Shown one piece after another: positions 47,301 to 56,172 of a stretch of 64,000 nucleotides of DNA (position 1 is its first letter; each line of letters opens with the position of its first letter). The position numbers and the translations under genes are program-made. The notes beneath the pieces were generated by a model. It ran no database searches. It was not told where the DNA came from and worked only from the letters and a program-made list of their open reading frames with translations. Source of the DNA: Candidatus Cloacimonadales bacterium (GTDB lineage Bacteria; Cloacimonadota; Cloacimonadia; Cloacimonadales; JAFGVF01); the NCBI GenBank assembly GCA_963662585.1, contig OY759729.1, positions 896,001 through 960,000 on the forward strand. The letters are read 5' to 3'.

Positions 47301-49797
47301 TTTTGGAGAGAATAGTAACGGGGAGTTTAGAAACTGGAGATTACCTGGTGCTTTAGGACCAAATGGTATGATTGCAGCATTTTGGGATGATATGCACATG
47401 GATTCTAATTCTGGTATTTATTCCTATTATGATAATGATGAAGATTATTTAGTAATTCAGTGGGAGCAAATGATTAATGGTGCTCCAGGACATCCTGATG
47501 AAGAAACTTTCCAGATTATCCTCTATGATCCTCAAAGATACCCTTCTTCACTCAATCAAGGTAATGCTAAAATTCAATATAAAGTATTTAACAATGTAGA
47601 TACTGGCAATGAAGGTGGCTTTACACCTTGGCATGGTAATTATGCATCAATAGGAATAGAATCTCCTTCTGGAATGGATGGTTTAGAGTATACTTTTAAT
47701 AATAATTACTCGCCTCAAGCCAGTATTCTTGAAAGTAATAGAGCTCTTTATATTACCACAAAACCAACTATTCCTCTAGAAGCAAATATTAGTATTGCAG
47801 AAATAAGAACTTTTGACGAGAATAATAATGGTATCTTCGAAGTAGGTGAAGGTATTAAATTGGCTGTTTCTTTAAGTAACTCTGCTATCAATCCCCTCAC
47901 CAACCCTCACGCAAGAATTACTTCTACAAATCCTAGCATTCAGATTATTAATGATAATTCTATTTACGATGATATTATTTATCACGAGTTTTCTTATGGA
48001 AGAAACTATTTTAAATTTAAACTTTTAGAAGAAGTTGAACCAGGAGCTTATATAAACTTTGATTTGAATATTTACGGAGATGATGATTATCATGTCATTA
48101 AGAAAATTAATATCGAAGTTATTAAGCCTTCTTGTAGTTTAAAGAGTTCCTTTATAAATGACTTCTCAACAACAGGTAATAACAACTATATTATGGAGCC
48201 TGGAGAGAGAATACAACTAGCTTGGGAAATTGAGAATACTTCCTCCGTTGATGATTTCTTTGATACTGTGTCTATAGAGACCACAAGTCCATACTTAACT
48301 TTGATTACCGACACAATGACTGATATAAAAGTTAAAGCAAACTCAACTTGGCAAGGAGTTTTTATTGCTGATGTTTCACCAACTGCACCTGTAAATGAAT
48401 TCTTACCTCTTACTGTAAAAGCCACTAAGAATGGAGAAATTGATTTGCAAAGGACAAGTTCTATTGGCTTAAATTCGCAAAGCACTACCATAGATTTTGA
48501 AACTGAGAATACTTTGCTAAACTATACCGAGCCTTGGGAAATTGGTACAAGTACATATTGTTCAGCGCATAATGGTACAAATATCTTAGCAACAACCTTA
48601 AATGCTGCATACCCAAGTAATGTAAGTTCAACAGTTTGGACAGAGTATTCTACTGCTGCAAATGATCTAATTCTGAAATTTTGGCATAGATATGATACTG
48701 AACAAATTTATGATGGTGGTCATGTGATTATGAATATCGAAGGTACAAGTAATACAATATTGTTAGTGCCTGAAAACAACTATCCTGTTGCAAATGTTTT
48801 TGCTTTAGGCGCTCCTGGTTATAGTGGATTATTGAATGATTGGACTCCTGTTACATTTTCAGTACCGGAAGCATATTTTGGCCGTTCAGTTAGATTCGGC
48901 TTTAGGTTTGCTTCAGACTCAATGGTAAACAACCACGGTTGGTTCATTGATGATATTTCAATCGGTGGCACAATTCAAGAGAATTTCATTTTTTCGGGTA
49001 GTGTAGAGCTTATAGATAGCGAAGACACTGCTTCTGCTGTTGATATAACTTTAGCTAATTATGCGCTAAATCCCAATATAGATGGCGATTACTTAGCGCT
49101 GTTACCTATGAGTGATTACGAAGTATCTTATAATCTTTTAGGCCATAGAGCAGATAATTACCAATTAACAAACCCTAACTCTAATTCTCTTATTTCTTAT
49201 GATGTCTCTTTAAATTATCTTAAGCAACCTGAGAATTTAAGTTACTCTCTGCAAGACTCTACTCTAGTTTTAAACTGGGATTATCAAGAAGATAGTGATG
49301 ACCAACTAACTAATTTTATTTTAGAGAGAAAGTTCAATACTGGAGACTGGGAAGAAATGGCTCAATTCACAGATTATCAATACTCTTGCCTACTGAATAA
49401 AATCGGTTTTTATTCTTATAGACTAAAAGCTCTATATCAAAGCGACTACAGTAATTCTTCTAATATTATCGGCTTTGATTATCTCTCAGGTACAGACAAT
49501 GAAGATAATGATGTTGCTTTATTAACAAGCTTACAAGCTAACTATCCAAATCCTTTTAATCCTGAAACAAATATTGCTTATACTTTAGCAAAGGCTTCTC
49601 CTGTCAGACTTAATATCTTTAATATTAAAGGGCAACTTGTGAAGACTTTAGTTAATGAATATCAAAACTTTGGAAGTCATAAAACTGTATGGAATGGTAA
49701 AAATAATCAAAATAAATCAGTTGCTTCTGGAATATATCTAATCAGAATTGAAACTGATGACTATCAAAAAGTTCAAAAAGCTATCTTAATGAAATAA
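44374..49797 (+). CDS. Large secreted C25 (gingipain-like) protein, paralog 2
   Basis: Same 1807-aa length and domain order as paralog 1; NYPNPFNP CTD; catalytic His apparently absent. Confidence 0.85.
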   Translation: MRGFLLGLLILMFSVGLYSLEETRGVINEGFKVISENETEVIIEFALPDYQIEKLKTDKATYNIITTNTQTYTTEVGMPYLPIFGTGIAVPRVGKVSWEIIDSDYTEFSTGNIFPSQKEGFVYDNITLEENEYNGFFPANTTTSGDNFILRDYRVKPLQIKPFQYDKSNKKLRIFNKITLKISTDKHEEGYNELYSTSEQSSAFDKVYQATILNYHRNDNFTPNTNILFIHRDNGDPIFQLKLDQYIKYKQQKGFNVLSVSTSDIGSTTASGIKNYIQNLYNGDTFKLDYVVLVGDVTGSFGIPTFNEYYAENAEGDYPYTHLAGNDLVGDIFIGRMSINNSSDLSRYVGKIKSYERISNPVNDPYLDNMLLVADTDPSGESTVNHCKFVKQISQRVNPDNNYYELYANEPNANEMNSAINDGVGFFIYRGIYGMSGWNAGNGQSNNHKLNHACMITCGTGDFAANATTEDFVNQGSETSPKGGITAIGMATTSTHTSYNNSLSGGIFHGIYNIGQRTMGQALLTGKITNYIIYSESAMSDVKKFTHWCNLIGDPTVDVYVGEANKFIVERSDFLPDTEELTVLVEDSNYYPVGNASVTLSMQDGSIYKAITNDNGLAIIQIESGNIQSTLTVNKDDFFPYQNSITSENNGDMRITDLFIDDDTGGSSSGNSNQNIEAGETIELNFVINNLRDYELNNIQATLSINDLDIEILEANREISSLAANSSSMFNENFLIHINNNILNNTNIAFILDINYGNDLNTHLISSARVENGELIITDTELSFVGEYLQANTDNHIYVSVKNLSQIQVENTTANLFINNGHFTINTQDILIEELLWNQTEDLHFVISSEIDMYPGATFTSILKFDNGENFYQELDFDIQFGTPSVNSPLGPDKFGYVIYDINDDNAPGQIAYQWIEIAPNNGGLGSLLDIYDPESFGEGDGVGSNSTETIDLPFQFSFYGESFSQITVCSNGFISFGENSNGEFRNWRLPGALGPNGMIAAFWDDMHMDSNSGIYSYYDNDEDYLVIQWEQMINGAPGHPDEETFQIILYDPQRYPSSLNQGNAKIQYKVFNNVDTGNEGGFTPWHGNYASIGIESPSGMDGLEYTFNNNYSPQASILESNRALYITTKPTIPLEANISIAEIRTFDENNNGIFEVGEGIKLAVSLSNSAINPLTNPHARITSTNPSIQIINDNSIYDDIIYHEFSYGRNYFKFKLLEEVEPGAYINFDLNIYGDDDYHVIKKINIEVIKPSCSLKSSFINDFSTTGNNNYIMEPGERIQLAWEIENTSSVDDFFDTVSIETTSPYLTLITDTMTDIKVKANSTWQGVFIADVSPTAPVNEFLPLTVKATKNGEIDLQRTSSIGLNSQSTTIDFETENTLLNYTEPWEIGTSTYCSAHNGTNILATTLNAAYPSNVSSTVWTEYSTAANDLILKFWHRYDTEQIYDGGHVIMNIEGTSNTILLVPENNYPVANVFALGAPGYSGLLNDWTPVTFSVPEAYFGRSVRFGFRFASDSMVNNHGWFIDDISIGGTIQENFIFSGSVELIDSEDTASAVDITLANYALNPNIDGDYLALLPMSDYEVSYNLLGHRADNYQLTNPNSNSLISYDVSLNYLKQPENLSYSLQDSTLVLNWDYQEDSDDQLTNFILERKFNTGDWEEMAQFTDYQYSCLLNKIGFYSYRLKALYQSDYSNSSNIIGFDYLSGTDNEDNDVALLTSLQANYPNPFNPETNIAYTLAKASPVRLNIFNIKGQLVKTLVNEYQNFGSHKTVWNGKNNQNKSVASGIYLIRIETDDYQKVQKAILMK

Positions 49798-49813
49798 ACA
49801 AAATTAGAATTTT

Positions 49814-49854
49814 AAGGTTCAGATTTAATGAAATATTCTGTCTGAACCTTTTTT
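49814..49854 (+). terminator. Rho-independent terminator
   Basis: AAGGTTCAGA...TCTGAACCTT followed by a T-run. Confidence 0.7.
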
Positions 49855-49936
49855 ATTCATAACTTATATTTTTTTTGTTGACATAAAAAATAGTTATCTG
49901 ATTATGTAAAATATAACCTAAAAAAGGCTTGTCATC

Positions 49937-50833
49937 ATGAAAGAAATTAGAGAGTACTTAACTGAATTAGAGAAAATTAATAACGATATTATTAGCCTAA
50001 AATTCTATCAGGCTAAAACATATCAAACACTTATCGATAGAATTATGCTTAATTGCAGGACAGAAATTCATCCTGATGTATTGATTCACCTTAACAAAAC
50101 TAAGAGAATTAATAAAATTGGTTATTGGGTTCATGATATCAAAAAGAAACTCTTCATGGGAACTAGAGAATTACTCCAATTTATGGGTAAAGATACTAAG
50201 AGAGAATCTTTTAGCGAAGAAGAGTTTTTTTCCATGATCCACAAAGATGATGTGCAAAGAATATTTGCTAGTTATTCTCAAGATGTCTTAGCTCATGAGG
50301 ATAGATCATCTGCCTACAGAATTATTACTCCACAAAGTGATTTAAAGTATGTTCTTTCCCATTTCTCTACAAAATATGATGATCAAGACAAGCCTATTCA
50401 AGTTACTGGAGTGATTTTTGAGATTCCTCAAACTGAAGCTGAGGCTATTCAACCATCCTTGGTAGAAAAAAACGAAGTAATATCTGCAAATATGGGAGTT
50501 GGATTTTGGGAATACGATCCCCAATCTGATTCTGAATATTGGTCATCAAGTCTCTATGATATTATTGAAACAACACCAAAAGATTGCCCACCCAACATCT
50601 CTTCCTTAAGGCAATTAATCATGAAAGAATCTCTAGCTAAGTCTTTAGATGCGATTACTCAAGGAAATAATAAAAATTCTGACTATGAAATTACTATAAA
50701 AATAAAAACACTTGCTGGTAATGAAAAAATACTCTTTTCCCAAGTACACCATTTAGTTGATCAAAGTGGTAAATTAGTTAAAAGATATGGGTTAATCTAT
50801 GATCTTACCAAAATAAAACAATTACTTCTATAA
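49937..50833 (+). CDS. Stand-alone tandem PAS (PAS_3-like) domain protein
   Basis: IGYWVHD..IHKDD..YRIITP..TGVIFEI and GVGFWEYD..WS..YGLIYDLT; no kinase or other output domain visible. Confidence 0.75.
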   Translation: MKEIREYLTELEKINNDIISLKFYQAKTYQTLIDRIMLNCRTEIHPDVLIHLNKTKRINKIGYWVHDIKKKLFMGTRELLQFMGKDTKRESFSEEEFFSMIHKDDVQRIFASYSQDVLAHEDRSSAYRIITPQSDLKYVLSHFSTKYDDQDKPIQVTGVIFEIPQTEAEAIQPSLVEKNEVISANMGVGFWEYDPQSDSEYWSSSLYDIIETTPKDCPPNISSLRQLIMKESLAKSLDAITQGNNKNSDYEITIKIKTLAGNEKILFSQVHHLVDQSGKLVKRYGLIYDLTKIKQLLL

Positions 50834-50932
50834 TATAATTTAACATCATAAATATCTTCTAAATGAAATAAATATTGTTCGACATCTCTAATTTGTTATA
50901 ATATCCTTAGAATTAATATTTTGAGAGGTATT

Positions 50933-53900
50933 ATGAGAAAATATTTATTGCCTTTAATTTGTCTTTTTACTTTAGCTCTTTCAGCAAATCAATATATATT
51001 TAATTATACAGATAACAATACTTTAGAAACAGCCTTTTACGGACAGACAGGCCAAGCTAATATTCAATACAAGCTTTTATATTATTTGCTCCCCTTAGAT
51101 GAAGAAGTGATTTCAATAAATATAACTAATCAGAAATACCAATCTCAATCCAAGAATATTCCTATATTCCCTGGCTATGCTTCTAACACTGATGGACAGA
51201 TTGGTGAAGCTAAGCAAGCACCTTCTCCCCTATTCCCAAGCCAGCCAAATATCACATATCAAAGTTACTATAAACAAGGAATCCAAATTTTAATAGCTAA
51301 AATACCTCATCAAGTATATCATAGCTCTGAGAAGAGATTAGATATCTTACAAGAGGCTCAGATAGAAATTACTACTAAATTAAGAGTTACAGCTTTTGAG
51401 AAATCCAGATTCTTAACTAATTTAAGGGATTTTCATAAACTTACAGAGAAGCTTATAGTCGAAGAGAGAGTTAGAGAATCCTACTATACTTACTACGCAA
51501 ATCCGGATTATTCTCCACGAAATAGCTTAGGAATAGAGCCTGCAGAAATGCTTATTATCTCACCATCAGGCTTACTTACTGACTGGCAAATTTATGCAGA
51601 TTATAAAACAGGCTTAGGTGTCTCTACTCAAGTTGTCGATATCAGCAATATAACTTCTAACTTTAGTGGCAGAGACAACGCTGAGAAACTCCGTAATTTC
51701 CTTATAGAAGTCTATACAGAGTGGTCTAGTAACGAAACACCTCTCAGTTTTGTTTTACTAGGAGGTGATTTAAATTTAGTCCCAGCGAGATTACTCAGAA
51801 TTAGAGCTGCTTATAATAGTTCATGGAATAGCAATAATGTCTATTCTGACCTCTATTTTGCTGCTTTAGATGGTGATTGGGATAATGACAGTGATAACCT
51901 CTTTGGAGAAGGAGATTTTGCTCAAGATATTCAAGCTACAGGAACAAGTGGTGAGGAAGCAGATTTGTTTGCAGAATTAGCAGTTGGAAGAATTCCTGTT
52001 GAGACAACTGATGAATTAGAAAATTGGTTTAATAAACAGCAAGACTATGCTTCAGCCCAAGTTTCAGAGCAATTCTACGAAAAGGTCCTACTATTAGGAG
52101 AATATCTTGGTTCTTCTATTTATGGAGCACCATCAATGAATGAACTAGCTAATAGTCTGGCAGACTATTCTATACAGACCCTCTATTCTCAAAATAGTAC
52201 CTTCACTGAAGCTAACCTAACTTCTGCTATCAATAATGGTGTATCACAAGTTCATCACCTAGGACACGGCTCAACTACGGCTGTATTCTCCATTAGTAAC
52301 AGCGATATAACGAATAATTTTGTTAACCAGGATTATCCATTAATCTACACCCAAGGTTGCCATACTGCTAATTTATCTACTAATGATTCTATCGGAGAGA
52401 GTTTTATTCTTAACCAAAGAGGAGCATTTGCTTATATTGGTAACACTTCTTATGGATTTTATAGCAGTTTTGAAAATCAAGGTCCTTCCCAGCTTTTTCA
52501 TCGAGAATTTGTTGATGCCTACAGCAATGAAGAGATTAGTGAAATTGGGTTTGCTTTTACTGATGGTAAAGAAGACTTAGTAGGAATCACTGATCAGACT
52601 GGTACTAGACGCTATGTTTACTTTGATAATATCCTCTTTGCAGATCCATCCACAGAGCTTATAAAGGGCTTGGAAAGTGTTGAAATTGAACAAGTATCTG
52701 ATAACTCCATTAAATTAACTTTCTCTGCAAGTATGACTAGTGAAGTTTTAGATACTAATAATTACACCATTTATCAAAGAGATGCAGTAACTACAACTTA
52801 TCCTCTTGCTTCAGTTTCTCAACAAGGTGATGATTATTTCCTTAACTTCTCATCAAATTTACCTGCAGGTATTCCGCTAAGAATTACTATAGAGAATATT
52901 CCCAACCTACTTGATCCTACTGTAAAATTAATAAAACCACTTTACACAATTAAGGAGTCAAGTGTTATAAGTCCCACTGTGTGGCGGGCTGAGGAGAGTC
53001 CTATTTATGTTTATAAACATCAGATAATCAACAGTACCCTCACCATTGAGCCTGGTACAGAAATTAGAGTCAATAGCGACAAAAGTTTTTACCTCTATTG
53101 GGGTGGTAAGATTCAAGTTGATGGAGATTCTCTTAATTATGTAACCTTCACATCTTACTCTGACGATTCACTTGAAGATGATAAATGGACTGATTTTACC
53201 TTCATGATGGAGCCATCTCCTGATTCCTATTTTAATTATGCTATGATTAAGAATAGCCAAAGTGGCATCTGGCTAGATAGTCTTAGCACAATAAACCTAG
53301 ATCATGTAAGGTTTAAAGATAATGAAAATTATGGTATTTACGCTAAGCATTCTACTGTAAATGCAAACTACTTAGAGTTTTCAGGAATGACTAATAGCCA
53401 AACTGCAGCTTTTAGGATAATCGGAGGAAACCAAAATCTCAAGCATATTACTTCTACTGAGAATGCTGGCTATGAACTATTAGTAACAGATTCAGCTCAG
53501 ATGATTTTAAGCAATAGTATTATCTGGGGAGAATCAAATTTTGATAGTGAATACCTAACTATCAACTATTCTATACTTCCTGATGAAATGTCTGGAATCT
53601 CAAATTTGTCTTCTAATCCTCAATTTGTATCAACTACTAATTTAAAGCTACAGAGCATTTCTCCTGCCATTAATTCAGGTAACTCATCCCTACTAGATCC
53701 TGATAACACTATCACTGATAGAGGTTTTTGGTATTATTATCACCCTAATAATTTTGAGGCCACGATTGTCCTCAATTCCTCTCCTAAAATCATTCAATTT
53801 AAGAATTTATCTTTAGGCGAATATGATTCAGTGGAATGGGATTTTGATAATGATGGTCAATGGGATTCAAGTGATTTATCACCTCAAAGAATTTACTTAG

Positions 53901-54229
53901 AAGAAGGTAATTTCGATGTTAAGATGAGATTAATCAAGGATAATTTCCAAGAAGAGGTAATTATTTCAGAGTTAATAAATCAGACTTTTCTGCCTCTTCA
54001 AGTTAATTTCCCAATCAATATCGCCATTGAATCTAATCAAATTGAATTGAGCTGGGATTCGGTTACTAATAGCGACCTTTATCGTGTCACTGGAGGAAGA
54101 GAGCTAAACTCTGACTTTTCTTCTCTAGCTATTCAAGAGGAAACTAACTACCAAGTTGAGCTCCCAGAAGATAATGTTAAATTCTTCCAGATTATCCCTC
54201 TAGAACAAGTAATAGATATTGCTGATTAG
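50933..54229 (+). CDS. Secreted C25 cysteine peptidase with Ig-like, beta-helix and PKD domains
   Basis: FVLLGGD, SDLYF, VGRIP, HLGHG and QGCH catalytic motifs; WDFDNDG PKD; likely start ATG 50933. Confidence 0.85.
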   Translation: MRKYLLPLICLFTLALSANQYIFNYTDNNTLETAFYGQTGQANIQYKLLYYLLPLDEEVISINITNQKYQSQSKNIPIFPGYASNTDGQIGEAKQAPSPLFPSQPNITYQSYYKQGIQILIAKIPHQVYHSSEKRLDILQEAQIEITTKLRVTAFEKSRFLTNLRDFHKLTEKLIVEERVRESYYTYYANPDYSPRNSLGIEPAEMLIISPSGLLTDWQIYADYKTGLGVSTQVVDISNITSNFSGRDNAEKLRNFLIEVYTEWSSNETPLSFVLLGGDLNLVPARLLRIRAAYNSSWNSNNVYSDLYFAALDGDWDNDSDNLFGEGDFAQDIQATGTSGEEADLFAELAVGRIPVETTDELENWFNKQQDYASAQVSEQFYEKVLLLGEYLGSSIYGAPSMNELANSLADYSIQTLYSQNSTFTEANLTSAINNGVSQVHHLGHGSTTAVFSISNSDITNNFVNQDYPLIYTQGCHTANLSTNDSIGESFILNQRGAFAYIGNTSYGFYSSFENQGPSQLFHREFVDAYSNEEISEIGFAFTDGKEDLVGITDQTGTRRYVYFDNILFADPSTELIKGLESVEIEQVSDNSIKLTFSASMTSEVLDTNNYTIYQRDAVTTTYPLASVSQQGDDYFLNFSSNLPAGIPLRITIENIPNLLDPTVKLIKPLYTIKESSVISPTVWRAEESPIYVYKHQIINSTLTIEPGTEIRVNSDKSFYLYWGGKIQVDGDSLNYVTFTSYSDDSLEDDKWTDFTFMMEPSPDSYFNYAMIKNSQSGIWLDSLSTINLDHVRFKDNENYGIYAKHSTVNANYLEFSGMTNSQTAAFRIIGGNQNLKHITSTENAGYELLVTDSAQMILSNSIIWGESNFDSEYLTINYSILPDEMSGISNLSSNPQFVSTTNLKLQSISPAINSGNSSLLDPDNTITDRGFWYYYHPNNFEATIVLNSSPKIIQFKNLSLGEYDSVEWDFDNDGQWDSSDLSPQRIYLEEGNFDVKMRLIKDNFQEEVIISELINQTFLPLQVNFPINIAIESNQIELSWDSVTNSDLYRVTGGRELNSDFSSLAIQEETNYQVELPEDNVKFFQIIPLEQVIDIAD

Positions 54230-54294
54230 ATTTCAAGTTGACAGCATACTTTCTTATGATTTTCTGACCAAAGAAAGAAAAATAAGGAAGTAAA

Positions 54295-55407
54295 ATGAAT
54301 TATATAATTACCGGAAAAACATTTAACAGTAGTTTTATTGAAGATTTAGCCAAAAGAGAAGATATCACTGCCATGAGTGGTGAAGAGTTATCAGCGAGTA
54401 ATATTACATTTTGTTCAACCGATAAAGTCTATGTACCTTCTGAAACTTCACTAAGCATAGTTATGGAAAGAATGGAAGATGCTAACTATATTAATGGTAT
54501 CAATAAACTCAAGAATAAATATTTCTGTAGAGAAGTTCTATCTAATCTCTATCCTGATTTCTATTTTGCCAAAGCCTCCCTCTCTGAAATTCCTAACTTA
54601 GATTTACAAGGTAAAAAAGTAGTTATTAAGCCTTTAAAAGGTTTTTTTGGTACCGGTGTAAGAATTGCTGAACCAAACTGTGATTTAACTGCTCTAGCTG
54701 CTGATATGAAGCAAGAAGTTCAAGCTAATGCCAAATTCTTCCCAGAATCTATTCTTACCCAAAATGAATTTATCATTGAAGAGTTTATTACTGGTGATGA
54801 GTATGCAGTTGATATGTTTTTTGATGAAGCAGGTAAGCCTGAGATTATGAATATCTATTTCCATCCAGAACCAGCTATCTCTGAATATTTCCATCTTATG
54901 TATTATACTAACAAGGAGATTTTTGACAACTATTTAGTAACATTCACTAATTTCTTTAATGAACTAAATAAGATTATAAATTTAAAGAGCTTTCCAATAC
55001 ATGCTGAGTTTAAACTTCAGGATGGAGTAATGCTTCCTATTGAACTTAATCCTATGCGCTACGGTGGATTTGGGCTATCAGATTTAACCTTCAACAGTTT
55101 CCAACATCAACCTATTAGTGCTTACTTTGATGACAGCCCTGCTAACTGGGATGCTATTTGGGAAATTAGAAAAGAAAAAAATTATGCCTGGATTTTAGGT
55201 TATAATGGTAAAGATGTTGATATTAATAAAATGCCCCCAAACCATGATAAGTTTAAAAGCCACCTTAATGCTAATAGTAATATCATTGATTATGTTAAGT
55301 TAGATCACAAGGCTAACCCTGTTTTTGCCTTAGCTTATATCTATAATAAAGATTTAAATAAACTTAAAGAACTACTCACTACTGAGTTTAATAGCTTTTT
55401 TGGGTAG
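54295..55407 (+). CDS. ATP-grasp domain protein
   Basis: KNKY..R, VIKPLKGFFGTGV, IIEEFITGDEYAVD, HAEFK, IELNPMR. Confidence 0.85.
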   Translation: MNYIITGKTFNSSFIEDLAKREDITAMSGEELSASNITFCSTDKVYVPSETSLSIVMERMEDANYINGINKLKNKYFCREVLSNLYPDFYFAKASLSEIPNLDLQGKKVVIKPLKGFFGTGVRIAEPNCDLTALAADMKQEVQANAKFFPESILTQNEFIIEEFITGDEYAVDMFFDEAGKPEIMNIYFHPEPAISEYFHLMYYTNKEIFDNYLVTFTNFFNELNKIINLKSFPIHAEFKLQDGVMLPIELNPMRYGGFGLSDLTFNSFQHQPISAYFDDSPANWDAIWEIRKEKNYAWILGYNGKDVDINKMPPNHDKFKSHLNANSNIIDYVKLDHKANPVFALAYIYNKDLNKLKELLTTEFNSFFG

Positions 55408-55612
55408 CTAGTGTTATGAAGTGCAAGCACCCCGTCTGGGAAATACCCCGCCACCCCTCCGCGGGGGTAATTGAAAAGGGGAACCTTCTTACATTTCAAC
55501 ATTTGAGGCGGAGAGAATCTCCACCGTCCGACAGAAGAGGCTTACCAACATACATTATCTAGATTTTCTTATCAATCTTCATCAGTTTTTCGGTACCTAA
55601 GTTATTTTCTTC

Positions 55613-56051
55613 GGCTCAAGTTCAAGTCTGGTGGAAAGATGAATTTATAACGAAACAGTTTAGTTAATAATAATGGTTAAAATATCCCTGAAAGGGATTA
55701 ATAGATTAGCCTGGGGTAAGATCCTATAGGGATCGTCACCCCAGGTACAATATCCAAAAATACGAACATAACCCTGTAAGGGTTTAATAGAAGAGTAACT
55801 GATTTATATAATAAAACCTTTGTATATATATTATTATTAAACCCTTACAGGGTTACACTTTTTATGTACATCATAAGCCAGGGTTGCAATCCTTTGAGTC
55901 TTCGCAAAGCTACGCCCTCACAAGTCAGGATTAAGTCTTATTTAGCATAAAAACTTCTATCTCTTGTATACTATAAACCCTAACTTACTGTAAAGCAATA
56001 ATAAGGTGCAACGAAATGCTTAATAATTTCCACCAGACTCGAACAAGAGCC
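55613..56051. mobile_element. 439-bp non-autonomous ISL3-like MITE
   Basis: 25-bp TIRs GGCTCAAGTTCAAGTCTGGTGGAAA (55613-55637) and TTTCCACCAGACTCGAACAAGAGCC (56027-56051), 22/25 match; 8-bp TSD TTTTCTTC at 55605-55612 and 56052-56059; no transposase ORF. Confidence 0.85.
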
Positions 56052-56091
56052 TTTTCTTCTTACTGAAATTAGGATAATTAGTGGATAATAA

Positions 56092-56127
56092 AAGATTAAA
56101 GCCCCACTTAAGTGGGGCTTTAATCTT
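56092..56127. terminator. Perfect 36-bp palindrome, likely bidirectional terminator
   Basis: AAGATTAAAGCCCCACTTAAGTGGGGCTTTAATCTT between convergent genes. Confidence 0.8.
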
Positions 56128-56172
56128 CGTATTTAGAGAATTGCCTGCAAAAATGCAAGCACTCCCAGTATT

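Noticed and set aside
55408..55604. Possible tRNA or ncRNA in the GC-richer intergenic stretch
   Set aside because: No cloverleaf or T-loop consensus; the GC part matches the CACCCCT..GGGG repeat also seen near 35720.
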